DNA of 64,000 nt, from NCBI RefSeq assembly GCF_031769215.1, contig NW_026782351.1, positions 806,001 through 870,000 on the forward strand, given 5' to 3'. Under the pieces are notes generated by a model. It had not been told where the DNA came from. It searched no databases and worked only from the letters and a program-made list of their open reading frames with translations. Made by a program: the position numbers and the translations under genes. This DNA is from Ylistrum balloti (Eukaryota). Of the stretch, positions 44,438 to 56,700 are shown in pieces (within the stretch, counting starts at the first letter, position 1; each line of letters starts with the position of its first letter).

Positions 44438-44515
44438 TCTATGTAATGTAAATATCCTGTACTTTTTATGTATATGATTTATTTCTTTGTAAAACTTATG
44501 TTTGTTAAAATCTAA

Positions 44516-44521
44516 AATAAA
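44516..44521 (+). terminator. Distal candidate poly(A) signal of CEP131
   Basis: AATAAA preceded by TGTA-rich UTR-like sequence and followed by a T-rich tract (44536-44548). Confidence 0.45.
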
Positions 44522-44707
44522 ATAACCTTATATCACTTTGTTTCTTTAAAAAGCAGGAAAATGACAAAAATAGTAAATCCTTTGAACCAAATTCTTTTTC
44601 AGAGTTCCGGTCATAGTGCGTCTGTTCTTGTTGTTAGCATATCCCTGGTCCGCACTTTTCCATATTAAAACAGAAGGGTTCACGCCATTCGCTCAAAGTT
44701 TGGTTAC

Positions 44708-47700
44708 ATGGTTGACGCAATCATAATGTTTCACCATGTGCGAGTTAGAATCTCTCAGCTGTTATTGCCACTTTCGGAAACAGTACGAGTTCGTAATTTT
44801 TCAAAGCTGCAAGTGTCTGTTATTTCAAACGGTGGATTTAGCACTCCAAAATCGATCCTGGTGAAAGTGGTTCATGCTGAAAAACAAGAAAAACAATGCA
44901 TCGATGGACGTTATTACACACCTAAGAATTACAAGAGGTTAACATTACACACTACCTGTCATTGGTCCTTGGTTTATATCAAAATCTATCAAACAGGCAT
45001 GGGTCGTGAATTAAAAAAATATTATAACTACTAGCTCAGGCGATTAATTGTAAAACTAAAGGTGCGGCCCCGGTTCCTCAAAAGTTAGTGTGATTTGACA
45101 AGTGGTTAGTGAAAATTGTTTTATTACTACTACTGAACAACCAAGAGTGTTAAATATAAAACAATCACAATATATCTGACCTGTCTCAACAAATATACAG
45201 CTGTGAAATGATGAACCATTTTCAGAAATCTGACAGCTTGTGTTCTGATATAGTGAACATGTAATACATACGACACGTAAACATACCGGACACATGGGGA
45301 CAAATTATTCCTAGATCAATATATGGTACTTGAGAAGTGGGTGGTTAAAGCAAGTAGAAAATACTTGAAACTCATTTTTTTGTTAAAAGAAGGGAAAAAA
45401 TAAAAGATTTGTGACATGTTGGTAATTATCTTCATCTAAATCTTATCCGACTGGGGTACAGCTGAAATAATGCACACTGTCAAAGGCAGTATGCTAAATG
45501 TTGACGTAATGTTTAGGTCAGTATGGTCATTATGATGCCTGGTTACAGCTGTGAATATGACAGTGCCCAATATGCATTGTGTCAATTTGCTTCACATCTA
45601 TATTAATGAAAAGCTGGAAAGAAATCAGGATGATAATGCAATTAATTTGTTACATGGAAATGATATGTATGCAGTAGTATATTTGTGTATATGCAGCTAC
45701 ACACCTGGGGATCCATCATTTGCCTATGATATCCTTCATAATGTCTTACTACTATTTCCTGCGAAGAACTTGGATATCATTCTCTTCATATTTATAAATT
45801 CCCCCTGTCTTTTGATCTACTATTTATTGAGCTATTGATAAAGTAAAAATCGACTTTTTGGATTCTAACTGAAAAGGCTTTTTGCCAGTGTTTCTTCGAA
45901 GAAATGGAGGGAACCTTTTTGCAAATTTCAAAAGTGTATGTGACAGCTTTCTGACTAGAAGGACTGTGTTGCATATGAAGGATGTGATAACTCTCCCTTC
46001 AGGTCCATTCTTACGTACTTGAAAGAATTAGAACTAAAGAGCATATTTAGAGAGTAATACAAAATGAATTGTCAGACTTTGATATCGGGGCATAGCCACA
46101 ATTTTTCTAAGAATACTAATATATGATGTCCCCAATTTCTTTGTGATATGAAGTGCTGTAGACTGTAAGTATGTGTGATGATAAAATTGACGAAGTGGAT
46201 GCGTCATGTTTTTACAGTAATTGAATATTATTTTTCACATACAATTTCCCATTCCTGTGTTTAGATCTACTTAGTTGTCTCTGATTGTGCCAAAGTTATG
46301 AGGATTTTTGGCCTGCTTTTAGAACATGACATAGACATTGTTAGCCTAACAAGTCTGTAAGACTGATAATTTCAAGATGTAGGAACAAGTTATTGCACTA
46401 GTGTTAGGGAACAGGCCTGTAGAAATAGAAAATATATTTAATCTAGAAAGAAAATTAGAAATACGTAGATCTATAAATGCAGTTGAAGTTCTACACCTGA
46501 ATTCAATCTAAACTAGACTTGATGAATATGTATCTTTCTTTTACAGTTACCTGTTTAACTGCGGGGAAGGTACAAAACGAATTTATTCCATAAGCAAGTA
46601 AGTAAAGCTTGTGTTTCTGAGATAGAGTGAGTGAGAAAAAACAGATGGTCTGTTTATTTACTCATTTTCAAGGAAGTATGTCAAAGGTGTAGGTCACATT
46701 GAGTTCAAAGGTCATATTCCTTGTATATGTAGTAAGTTCCAACTTGGTGAAGGTAACGGTAGGTCTATTTTTCATCCCATTTGCAGCTGTGTGTATTTAG
46801 CCCACCATCATCTGATAGTGGGCTATTCAAATGCCTCTGCATCTGTGGTCCGTCCAGGCGTCTGTCCGCCATCTGTAAACAATATTTGTTATCGCTATTT
46901 CTAGATTGATCTTAAGCAAATTGCATATGTATGTTCCCCTTGGTCCCTAGTTGTACCCATTTGATTTTGGGAATGATCAAGAAAACAAAATGACCCACAG
47001 GCAGCCATCTTGGATTTTTTCAATGAAAACTTGTTATCGCAATTTCTTGAAAAGTCATATGTATGTTCCCTTTGGTCTCTCCTTGTGCTTGTTTGCTTTT
47101 GACCAGAAGAAAAAAATGGCTTCCAAATGGCCATTTTAGATTTGGAAGGTGAAGATTATCATTGCTGTTTCTGCAAAGGAATGTTCAAATGTCTTATCAT
47201 TTAGAGCAAAAACAGAGGGGATAAGAAGGGAAAAGATCCAACTTTTAGGGCAAAGCAGTGTTATTAAGTTCTGTTTTAATTAATAGCTAAAGTAAGTATC
47301 TAGTCTATTACTTCTGACTTGCAGAGAGTAGATAATTGAATTTAGGATTAACAGTATTGTTTTGCTTACTACCTTCAGGTTAGTAGACTGAAAGTCAATG
47401 TTATGCTGAGTTACATTATCTGTATATCAAGAGATTTTAATCTACATTGATTCAACATAGCCTATGATTTTTTTACCTTTACTCCAGTTTACGGTGGTTT
47501 AGACTCTATACTTAAGTTTGAACACAGCATCTCCCAGTTTCACAATATTAGTAGTTGCAAATTCATAAGGAATTTAGAAAAAAAAAAAAAAAAACAAACA
47601 AATAAAACCCAGTTAAACAGACATTTGATATGAAATATCTTACTTGTCCATATCACCTTGAATTGAATTAAATGGTGGAGAAATATGTACCATTTGATTT

Positions 47701-50700
47701 ACTTTCTTATAGATTGTCTTCCAACTTTATATTTAATTGTTAATGAAAGAAGTTTTATAATGTACACACTTTAAATATGTAAATAAGTTGTCAACTATTC
47801 ATGAATTTTTCAGACACAAGAAGAATGCCATTGAAGATATTTTTATTACGGTCACAAATTGGGAGAATTTAGGCGGATTGAAAGGTATGTACCTTGTAAG
47901 TTCTGATAGTACTGGGACATACACTTTAAATCAGTTCTTCCTGTCAACATCCTGATGATAAATGTCCAACACTTGATGTCTCCTTTGTGGTGTCTTGATA
48001 ATTACCAATGATAGGTAGACATTCATCTGAAGTTATTTTTCAGAATATCAGCCTTGCTCCAAATTAAAAAAAATTGATTAGGTGAATGTCTCCAGAATGG
48101 GATTTGAGGTGTTGAGAACATACTGAATGGTGTATAAAACTGATGTTGAGGTTAAGGAGTAGATATACTTGTACAATTTAGTTAGATTATGATATGACAC
48201 AATTTTTATATTGATTACTGATTTCCATAAAATTATTGAAATTTATCTTACCAGGGTTACACATATTGCGTGGACATTAATTCATTCTTTTATTATGTAT
48301 ACAGGTTTATTTACTGAACGAGTCAAGTATTTTGAAGGTGAATTCTTCCGTAAAGAGCTTAAGTTATATGGTCCAGAGTTAATGGTAAGACTATATTTTA
48401 TCACATATTAAGTGTTAGACCCTCACACATGTACTAAACAAACCACAGTGCATATAATGTTATTCAACCATTAAAAGAAGACAAGACTTTAAACACGGTT
48501 TTCCTTGGGGTACAGAAAAATTGGAAAGAAAACTATTAGCAAATAAAACATTTGAAGATTTAGTAATAGTTATAAGACTACAGGGCCATACCTGGTCTTC
48601 TTATACAAGTTTCTTTATGTCTAAGTGCGTAAAATAGTATATCATAACAATGCTGGTGTTTGGGGTTTCATCTTAGGTGTCCTATTCTACTAATATACAG
48701 CATGACAAAGAAGTGAAGCACCATTTTGAATTTGTTACAGAAAACAATACTCTACATACAGAATTATCTTGCTTTGTTTTGCTGGGTTTATGACCCGTAG
48801 ACAGCCAGGGTGATTTTTAGGTGGGGTCTCCTTGTGGTAGCTGGTTGCTACCTCCCTGAACAACATACAGGGAGGCCCATTATATTCTATCCAGAGTAAT
48901 AAGGGTAAGGTGTCTTGCCCAAGGACGCAATCACATAAGCAAAAAACTGGTCATTTTCTCAGCTTCCAGGGAAAAGCAAACCAGTACCATGCACATCAGA
49001 TCTTCATCAGACATTGCATAGGTCAACATTCTAACAGACTGAGCTATTGCAGCCTTTCTGAAGTATCCTTTGTGTATGTATCAAAGAAATGATGTTTTTC
49101 TTTTTCATTGTGAATACAAATAAAGGAGAGAGAGAGAGAAAAAATAGAATTAAATCTGAGAAGTATTTTCTAGCTCTCAGCTGAGTTATAGAAACCATAT
49201 TCAACATTCATCAAAGGAACTGGTCAATCTGACTTGTATACTATTATACAAGTCAGATTGACCAGTTCATTTGATATCAATGCTTAAACTGAACATTATT
49301 TACAGGAGGAAGGTAGGACTAATTCTAATTTTAAATTCATTTGTGAAATCAATATTTGACTTTTTCATGAAAATATCTGTTTTTATTCCAACAGTTGGAC
49401 CGCTTCTATGTTGGTAAAGCTCCAGTTTACAGTGAGTATGCCATTGTTACATAGGGTACATTCTAAACCTGGTATTAATGATGCAGTGTAGGTCCTCTTT
49501 AGCACTCTAGTTCATGCATATGCTCAATACACATTACAGTGAATAAGAAATTGTCTTTGAGAGTTTCACCATTCATTTAATTGGCAAGACCGACATGTGT
49601 TATTTGATGAGACAGACTCATGTTTCTTGGAAAGACTTAAAAATATAACTTCAACTGAACAATATCCTCCATTCAGCTGTACTATACCTGGACACATATA
49701 CCATTTACAAGTATGTGTACTGTACCATGTATAAAATGTTTTCTTGTCAGAATGAAACATGGTACCTGTATAGTTGTGGGTGTCATGATACCTTTAAAAT
49801 TACTTTTATTGTTGTCAGAATATACATTTGAAATTGTCCTTAAAATGAAAGAAATCAGTATATCTGAAAAAGGTAGTGCAATGTTATTGTTCTGAATGTA
49901 AGGCATTTAGGTCATCTGACACAAAGATAGTAATTTTGTTTTGTCCATTGTCATGTTCCATGCATAAACTTTTTTCACATTTTAAACTTCTCAAATTCCA
50001 TCAGTGGGGTCCAGCTCATATTTTCCTGAAATCACCCTGAGATCTGTTGATTATTGATTCTGATTTTTCTAAAAAAAAATGTGTATAATTTTTTGATACC
50101 ATTGATGTTTTTAAAGGTTTGGTAAATGCAACAATGGATTCATTCCATGAAGATGAACATGTACAGATAAAGTTCATACCATTTTTTCCTGAACTGTCTG
50201 ATGAAGATTTTAAAGGATATCCACCCAGCGTTATCGATGAAACAAAAAGTGGGTATACTTGATTATTGTCATGATAATATGAAGTTACAATGGCCTCTTA
50301 TAAATGAAGATCAATTAAACGTATTGAAAAAAAATGCCCTTTAATCTTTGTTTAAAATTCTATGGCTGTTGTTATGTTACCCTAACTTACACCTAGTCCT
50401 TAATATGTATTTAATTCTAATGAACCTCTATACTGTATCATTACTAATGCGTAATTTACCAATAGACTGGAAAATTGAAGGAGTACAACCAAAGATGAAG
50501 CGAAGAATGTCCTCCATAGTGTACATACTAAAGGTGAGAGCTACCTTTCTATCTGAGAGACTTGCTGTCAGTTTAAAGTCTGATTACATATGAAGGTGAA
50601 AGGTCAGAGTTGTTAGCTCCTTAAACTTCCTGGAATGGTTTCTGAACATTGATTCAATGAAAGGTAACCAGCCTTGCACCTCATACATTCTCTGTGTATG

Positions 50701-53700
50701 ATGTATTAGTAAAAGCTCCAGGTCAGCGATCCTCCTCTCCTTCATTTGATTTTGTGCTTTCATTTCTATTATACGAAACATTAATAAGGGTCATGTACAC
50801 ATCCTATCAAAGATTACAAACATGACATATTATTTTGTTTGAACAAAGTGATATGTAGTTAAGATTCATTTTTAGGATACATGATAATATCCAGAATTGT
50901 GTTGGTTTTCAATTCATGGTAAATATTTCTTTGACAGTTGAGAGGTGAAAATAACACTCAGCCAGCTATCATGAGTAAGTACATCAGTTGAATTAAGAAT
51001 GATCTACTCTTTCTAAATATCAAGAATGAATCATATATATGATGTATTGATGATCCTGACTGATATTTTGATCTGTGTGAGTTTAAAAATGGTTATGTCA
51101 GGAATTTTAGTTATCAGTCCTTCAACTGCTTTTTTTCCTTGTAAAGGAATAGGGAGCTTTATGTGTTTTGAAACTTTTTCATTTTTATCCCTGTAAAGAA
51201 GTTTATGTCAGTTTCTAAGAAGATGTTTGGTCTGTAGCAACCAGATTGTTGTATAACTAGACAAAATATGTGGTGTAACTCAAAATCATGATAAACATGC
51301 TTGTTGATCATAGAGATTTTCAATGTTGTCTTCGATATTGGGTTAAATACCTGAATTTTTTATATGGAAAACCCCCCCTTTTTTTACTCATTTTATTTGA
51401 ATTTTTTCTCTCATTTTTCTTGTGTTTTTGGACTTCATTTGTCATTTTGAGATTTTGAGAGGGTCAAAGAGGGATCAAACAGTTGATGGAAATCTTGTTG
51501 CAAATGAAGAACAAATAACAGAACTCATGTAGCTTGTACTAAGACAAAATGTATATTTTGGCTTTTCTAGTACTTGATTGCCCAGATAAGAGGTACTTAA
51601 GCAGCCTGTTGGAGTCAGAAGATTTGAAGAAATACCAAAGTGCACAGGGAACATACGTATTCCACTTATCTCCTACCAGTGTAGTAGAAGATCCTAGATA
51701 CAAAACATTCATTGACAGGTAAATTGAAATGTATATCTTTGATTTTGCTGTGAAACACAGATATTACCTAATTGTTCTCTTTTACATAAAGCTAAATATC
51801 AGTCTAAAAACAAGTACTTTTAAGTGGGTATTCAGTATGGTGATGTCTGTCCTCTTCTTTCTTCAGATTTCATAGTTCAAACGAACATATTCATGTGAAA
51901 GAAACGCAAGAACAGCCATTTCACTATCCAATCAGCACTATCCAGACTGCTCTTAATGAATTGGACAATCATGTTTTCCCTCTGCTGCCTTCCTCGGCAA
52001 ACCGGAATGAACACAAATATACTGTATTACGAAGTAAGATGAATAAAGACAAAGTACTGTCAATGACAAGTGGAAAAACTCTAGAGTTTGCCAACAACTC
52101 TGTCAAAATGATCAACAATTTCAGGTTGGTATAAGCATGCCCAGGCATCCAAAATGTAACAAAATCAATAAAAGTTTGTAATTGTCAGGTATCCTGGTGA
52201 CAAATAGTTACATGAATGTAAGGATGATTGACATGGGTTTGTAAATATCTGGTATCCAGGCGACAAATAGCTACATGAATGTAAGGATGATTGACACAGG
52301 TTTGTAACTATCTTGTATATTCCAAAGGGCCAAGTGACCTATTGGCATACCATGGTGTTTCTGGTCCGTCAATTTTTTCAACATATTGCTACTAGCCATG
52401 AGTAACTGAATGTATTTCGACCAAATTTTGTCAGAAGCATCCTTTGGGAAAGTAAAAAAAAATTTGTGTAAATAGTAGGTATAAGCCCCCAAGGGCCTTA
52501 GGGGTAGGGTCAAAATTTGGTATAAATGGTTGGTCTCTGTCCCCTGGGGCAAGAGGGATTGGGCCAACTAGAAAAAATAATTCAAATTCTTTAAAATCCT
52601 ACTCATTCTATAGGGATGATTGGGTTTGACCAATTTTGTCTTAAGCATTCTTTGGTAATGGGTAATCAATTTTGTATAAATAGTGGGTCTTAGCTCCCTG
52701 TGGTAGATAGAGCAATGCCAAAAATTCAAAATAGAGCAAATTCTTAAAAATCTAATTCTCCTGTAGGAATGATTTGGTCTGAAGTATGAATGGTTTCGTT
52801 GACCCCTGGGAAGTTTTCCCTTGTGTGCTTGGATATTTTAGAATTACTTTTCCTTTAGTTTTAATGAAGCAATTTCACTCAAGCAAAACCTGATGAACAA
52901 TCCAGGCCCTATGGGCTTCTTATTTTCTTTGCCTGCACTCGAGCATCTTCATTCCTTAAGAGACTTTCATCAAATCACACTTAAAATGACCAGAATATCT
53001 TGGACAAGTTTGAGTTTCCGGATTGGTAGGTCAAGGTCAAGGTCAAGGTCACTTAATATTTTTAGAAATTTGTTGTAAGCACTCTAGCAGCTTCACTCCT
53101 TGAGGAATATTCACCTATTTTTACACATTCTTTAAACACTTACATATGTGGAACAAGTTCAAGTTGTGGGTTGTTGGGTTGAGGTAAAGGTTACTTACTG
53201 TATTTATATTTTTTGAAAATCATTGTCATCACTCTGATGGCTTCAATCGGAAAGAGATTTTCATCAAAATTCACACACTTTGAAAGCACAAGTTCCAGTT
53301 TCAGGGTTGTTGGGTCAAGGTCAAGGTCAGCATTACTATTGCTCTAGTGATTTCATTTCTTACAGGATTTTGACCAAACCTCACACACTTACAAATGACT
53401 ATAACACATTGTTACACATCAGTAATACTTGTCATACTTACTTATTGCTTTGTTCCATTAACATAAGTTACAAACTAATTGTATATTTTTCTTTTTTCCA
53501 AATTCCACCAGACAGTACCACCTTTATATGGTGTTATGTAAATGAAGTTTAAATATAACTAATGATTTATGTATGTCAGTGATGATGGAAGAAGTTATCA
53601 TATTTAAATTGACCTTTCTGTTTTATAATTAGGGATGTAGCTGTTTCTTATAAGAATGGCATCCAGAAATTACAGAATGCTGATGAGAAATATCTTGGTT

Positions 53701-56700
53701 CAGTCAAAGAATTTGTAAAAAAACAAAAGCGAGATAAAGGTACAAAAAAGTCTTATTTCTTATGTAAAGCATTGCATTACTTTGTGTTTGTGCTGGTTAT
53801 TCAGGTTTTGGACATAATGAAGGAGTTCTGGGGCAATCATTTCAAACTATTAAATGATTGTGTCTCTATTACATTCATTTGTCAAGTGTATTACATTTGT
53901 GTCATTTAAACTCACGTCAAGTTGAAAGTTTAAAAATGTCCTTGAATTCTGATAACTTTACATATACTTAAATTTGGTAGTGCATTGATATTACTTGATA
54001 ATTCATTATGTTATGCTTTGGAAACAAGATTGATGTCCCTTCATTTCCAGTTAGTTTGAACAAGTCAGTAACACTGCCAACAAGTTCCATTCTTGATAGT
54101 TTTTACTGAAAATTTATAGTTAAAGATGAGAATACTTGGAAGGGTGAAGATACATCTATTTATGATCTACAGAACATTTCTTCTGAAAACACATGGCTTT
54201 GTGTGTCTACATATGCAAATGTCATGTAGATCTTGCTGTATGGATCATCATTTGTAGATAGTGTCTACTGACTCAAGGATTTTTGTTTTGCTATGATGAA
54301 GGAATGGAAGCAAGACTTAGGTGTTATTGTTTTGTTTGCATTTGAACCAAACATTCATCTAGATCAGTTTCTGAGAAAATAAATGACCAAACTAAAAGAT
54401 ACTTTGATTAACTCAAATTAGGGCAAAATTTGAGATAATGAGTATTGCAGACCATTTTAGTTGACTTTGAGAATTATCTACAAATCTTCATAAAAAAATT
54501 CTGATTCACATTCCTTCAACAAAAAAAAGTTATTTGATGTATTAAACAGGCTTGTAAAGGATTTAATCAGAATCTGTTTTTGTGTAATTAACCAGTCATT
54601 ACAGACATTGTTATTTTAATGAGACAAAACAGGGACTTAAAGATATATAATTTTGTGGAGTTCTTGTCATCATATGTTTGTACATAAGAGAATTGAAACA
54701 TAATAGATATACTTGTAAATTTTCAGTGGTATACCCAGTTATAACATTCCTAGGGACTGGAGCTACAACATCCACCCTGTTGAGGAATGTGACAGGAATA
54801 TACTTGGAGATAGAGTAAGTTTCAAGGCTGATGACTTTATTCTCTGTATTTAAGAATCTTTCACTCTCTTGGAGATTAATGGAAAACCTTTCACTGGTAA
54901 TAGCAGATAGAGAAGTAGGTATTTTGTTTTACTGGGAATGGTAGATAGATAAATAGGTATCTTTTATTGGTAATGGTGATAAAATGGATATTTTTCACTG
55001 GAAATGGTAGATAGATAAATACATGTAATAATAGATAAATAGCAAACATTTCACTGGTAATGGTTATAAATAGGATGTGTTTCACTGGTAATGGTTATAA
55101 ATAGGATGTGTTTCACTGCTAATGGTTATAAATAGGATGTGTTTCACTGCTAATGGTTATAAATAGGATGTCTTTCACTGCTAATGGTTATAAATAGGAT
55201 GTCATTCACTTGTAATGGTAGATAGATAGATAGGAGATCTTTCACATTCTGACACTTTCTTCTGCCTTACAGCTCATTGCATTGTTTTCACACATTTTAG
55301 CCCAGACGCTGCCATTCTGTTGGACTGTGGAGAAGGCACTTTCATGCAGATGTACCACCACTTTGGTAGTGAGACGAGCAAAATGCTAAGAAAACTCAAG
55401 TGCATCTTCATTTCTCATCTACATGCCGACCACATTGTGGTTAGTGTGAGCCAATAGTTCATACTTTGCTGAGTTAATTAGTAGCACTTTAGTTTCTATG
55501 TGAAATCAAAATTTTAATATTTTGTTTCTTGATGTGAAACTATCTACCGGTATATGAATAGCAAGCATTAGTTTTTAAATTTTTTGTTTTTTTGTACAGA
55601 CTGTACCATTGTACCATTTTATCAGTAGAGAAATCAGAATATTCGACCAATGCTTTTGTTTTTCACATAGAACGAAGAGTTTTAAGAAAAAAAATTCTGA
55701 GTTTCAATTTATTTGTATTGTTCCAGGGTTTAGCTAGTATTCTTAAGCAGAGACACTTGGCATTTAAGGAGATTGGAGTTCCAGTGGAGCCTGTTGACAT
55801 CATTGGAGAGGATGACATGACCAGTTTAATCTATACCATAGAATACTTTGTACCTAATATTTTGCAGGAGACAGTGTAGGTTTATAGAAAATCAGAATAT
55901 TTTGACTTGTGGTCTGCTTTCATCAGCAGCAAAAAGCTTGTATAAGATTCCTCATTTAGACTCAACAGATTTAGATCATTTAGTCCTTGTATACACCATA
56001 ATATTCAATCATTTAATTTCTACAACATGGTTCACTGGTCAAGATTAAAGAAAGGACATACCGGACAATTTCTGCAAAGAAAATCTAACACTTGTTTATA
56101 TTCACATCATGTTATTGGGAATTGAGAGTTATACACCTAATCATACCCAAGCGAAGAAGTTTTGGGGTGCGGGTATACTGGAATCACCAATCTAGATTAA
56201 GTATACACCGTCAACTTCTGCACTTCATTAACTTTTGGTGGTCATCAATAGTCAAGGTTAGTCTCAACTTCACCAGCATAGTCAGTTCAGGTCCAAGATG
56301 TGCATATCTCAATATGAACTAGTCTGAATTTCAAAATGGCTACCAGCAGCCAGTTTGGATTTTGGTATTGAATTTTGTGATGGCAATTTACTGCAGGCTG
56401 CGACATATACTGTACACCAGTTTCGCTCTATAAAAATTTAATGATTTTAAGGAGGTAGTGGAAATTTCACTACTCCTGACTGGAAAAGTGTCACTTAGGG
56501 TAAAGACAAACTTTAGATTGATCCAAAACATATCTATTTATTATGGGGCCAGAGATTTCCCCCTATACAGTAATAATCTGAAGATGGCTGCTAGTAGCCA
56601 TGTTGGATTTTGACATTGGAATTTTGTTATTGTTATTTCCTAAGAACTAATGTAGTGATCGTCATCAGATATTGTGGTTCAGGTAGGGTCTTAATCATGT

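Noticed and set aside
50617-50652. Candidate hidden flexible-arm exon (LLKLPGMVSEH)
   Set aside because: In-frame TGA after 11 codons, no donor and no GP motif.
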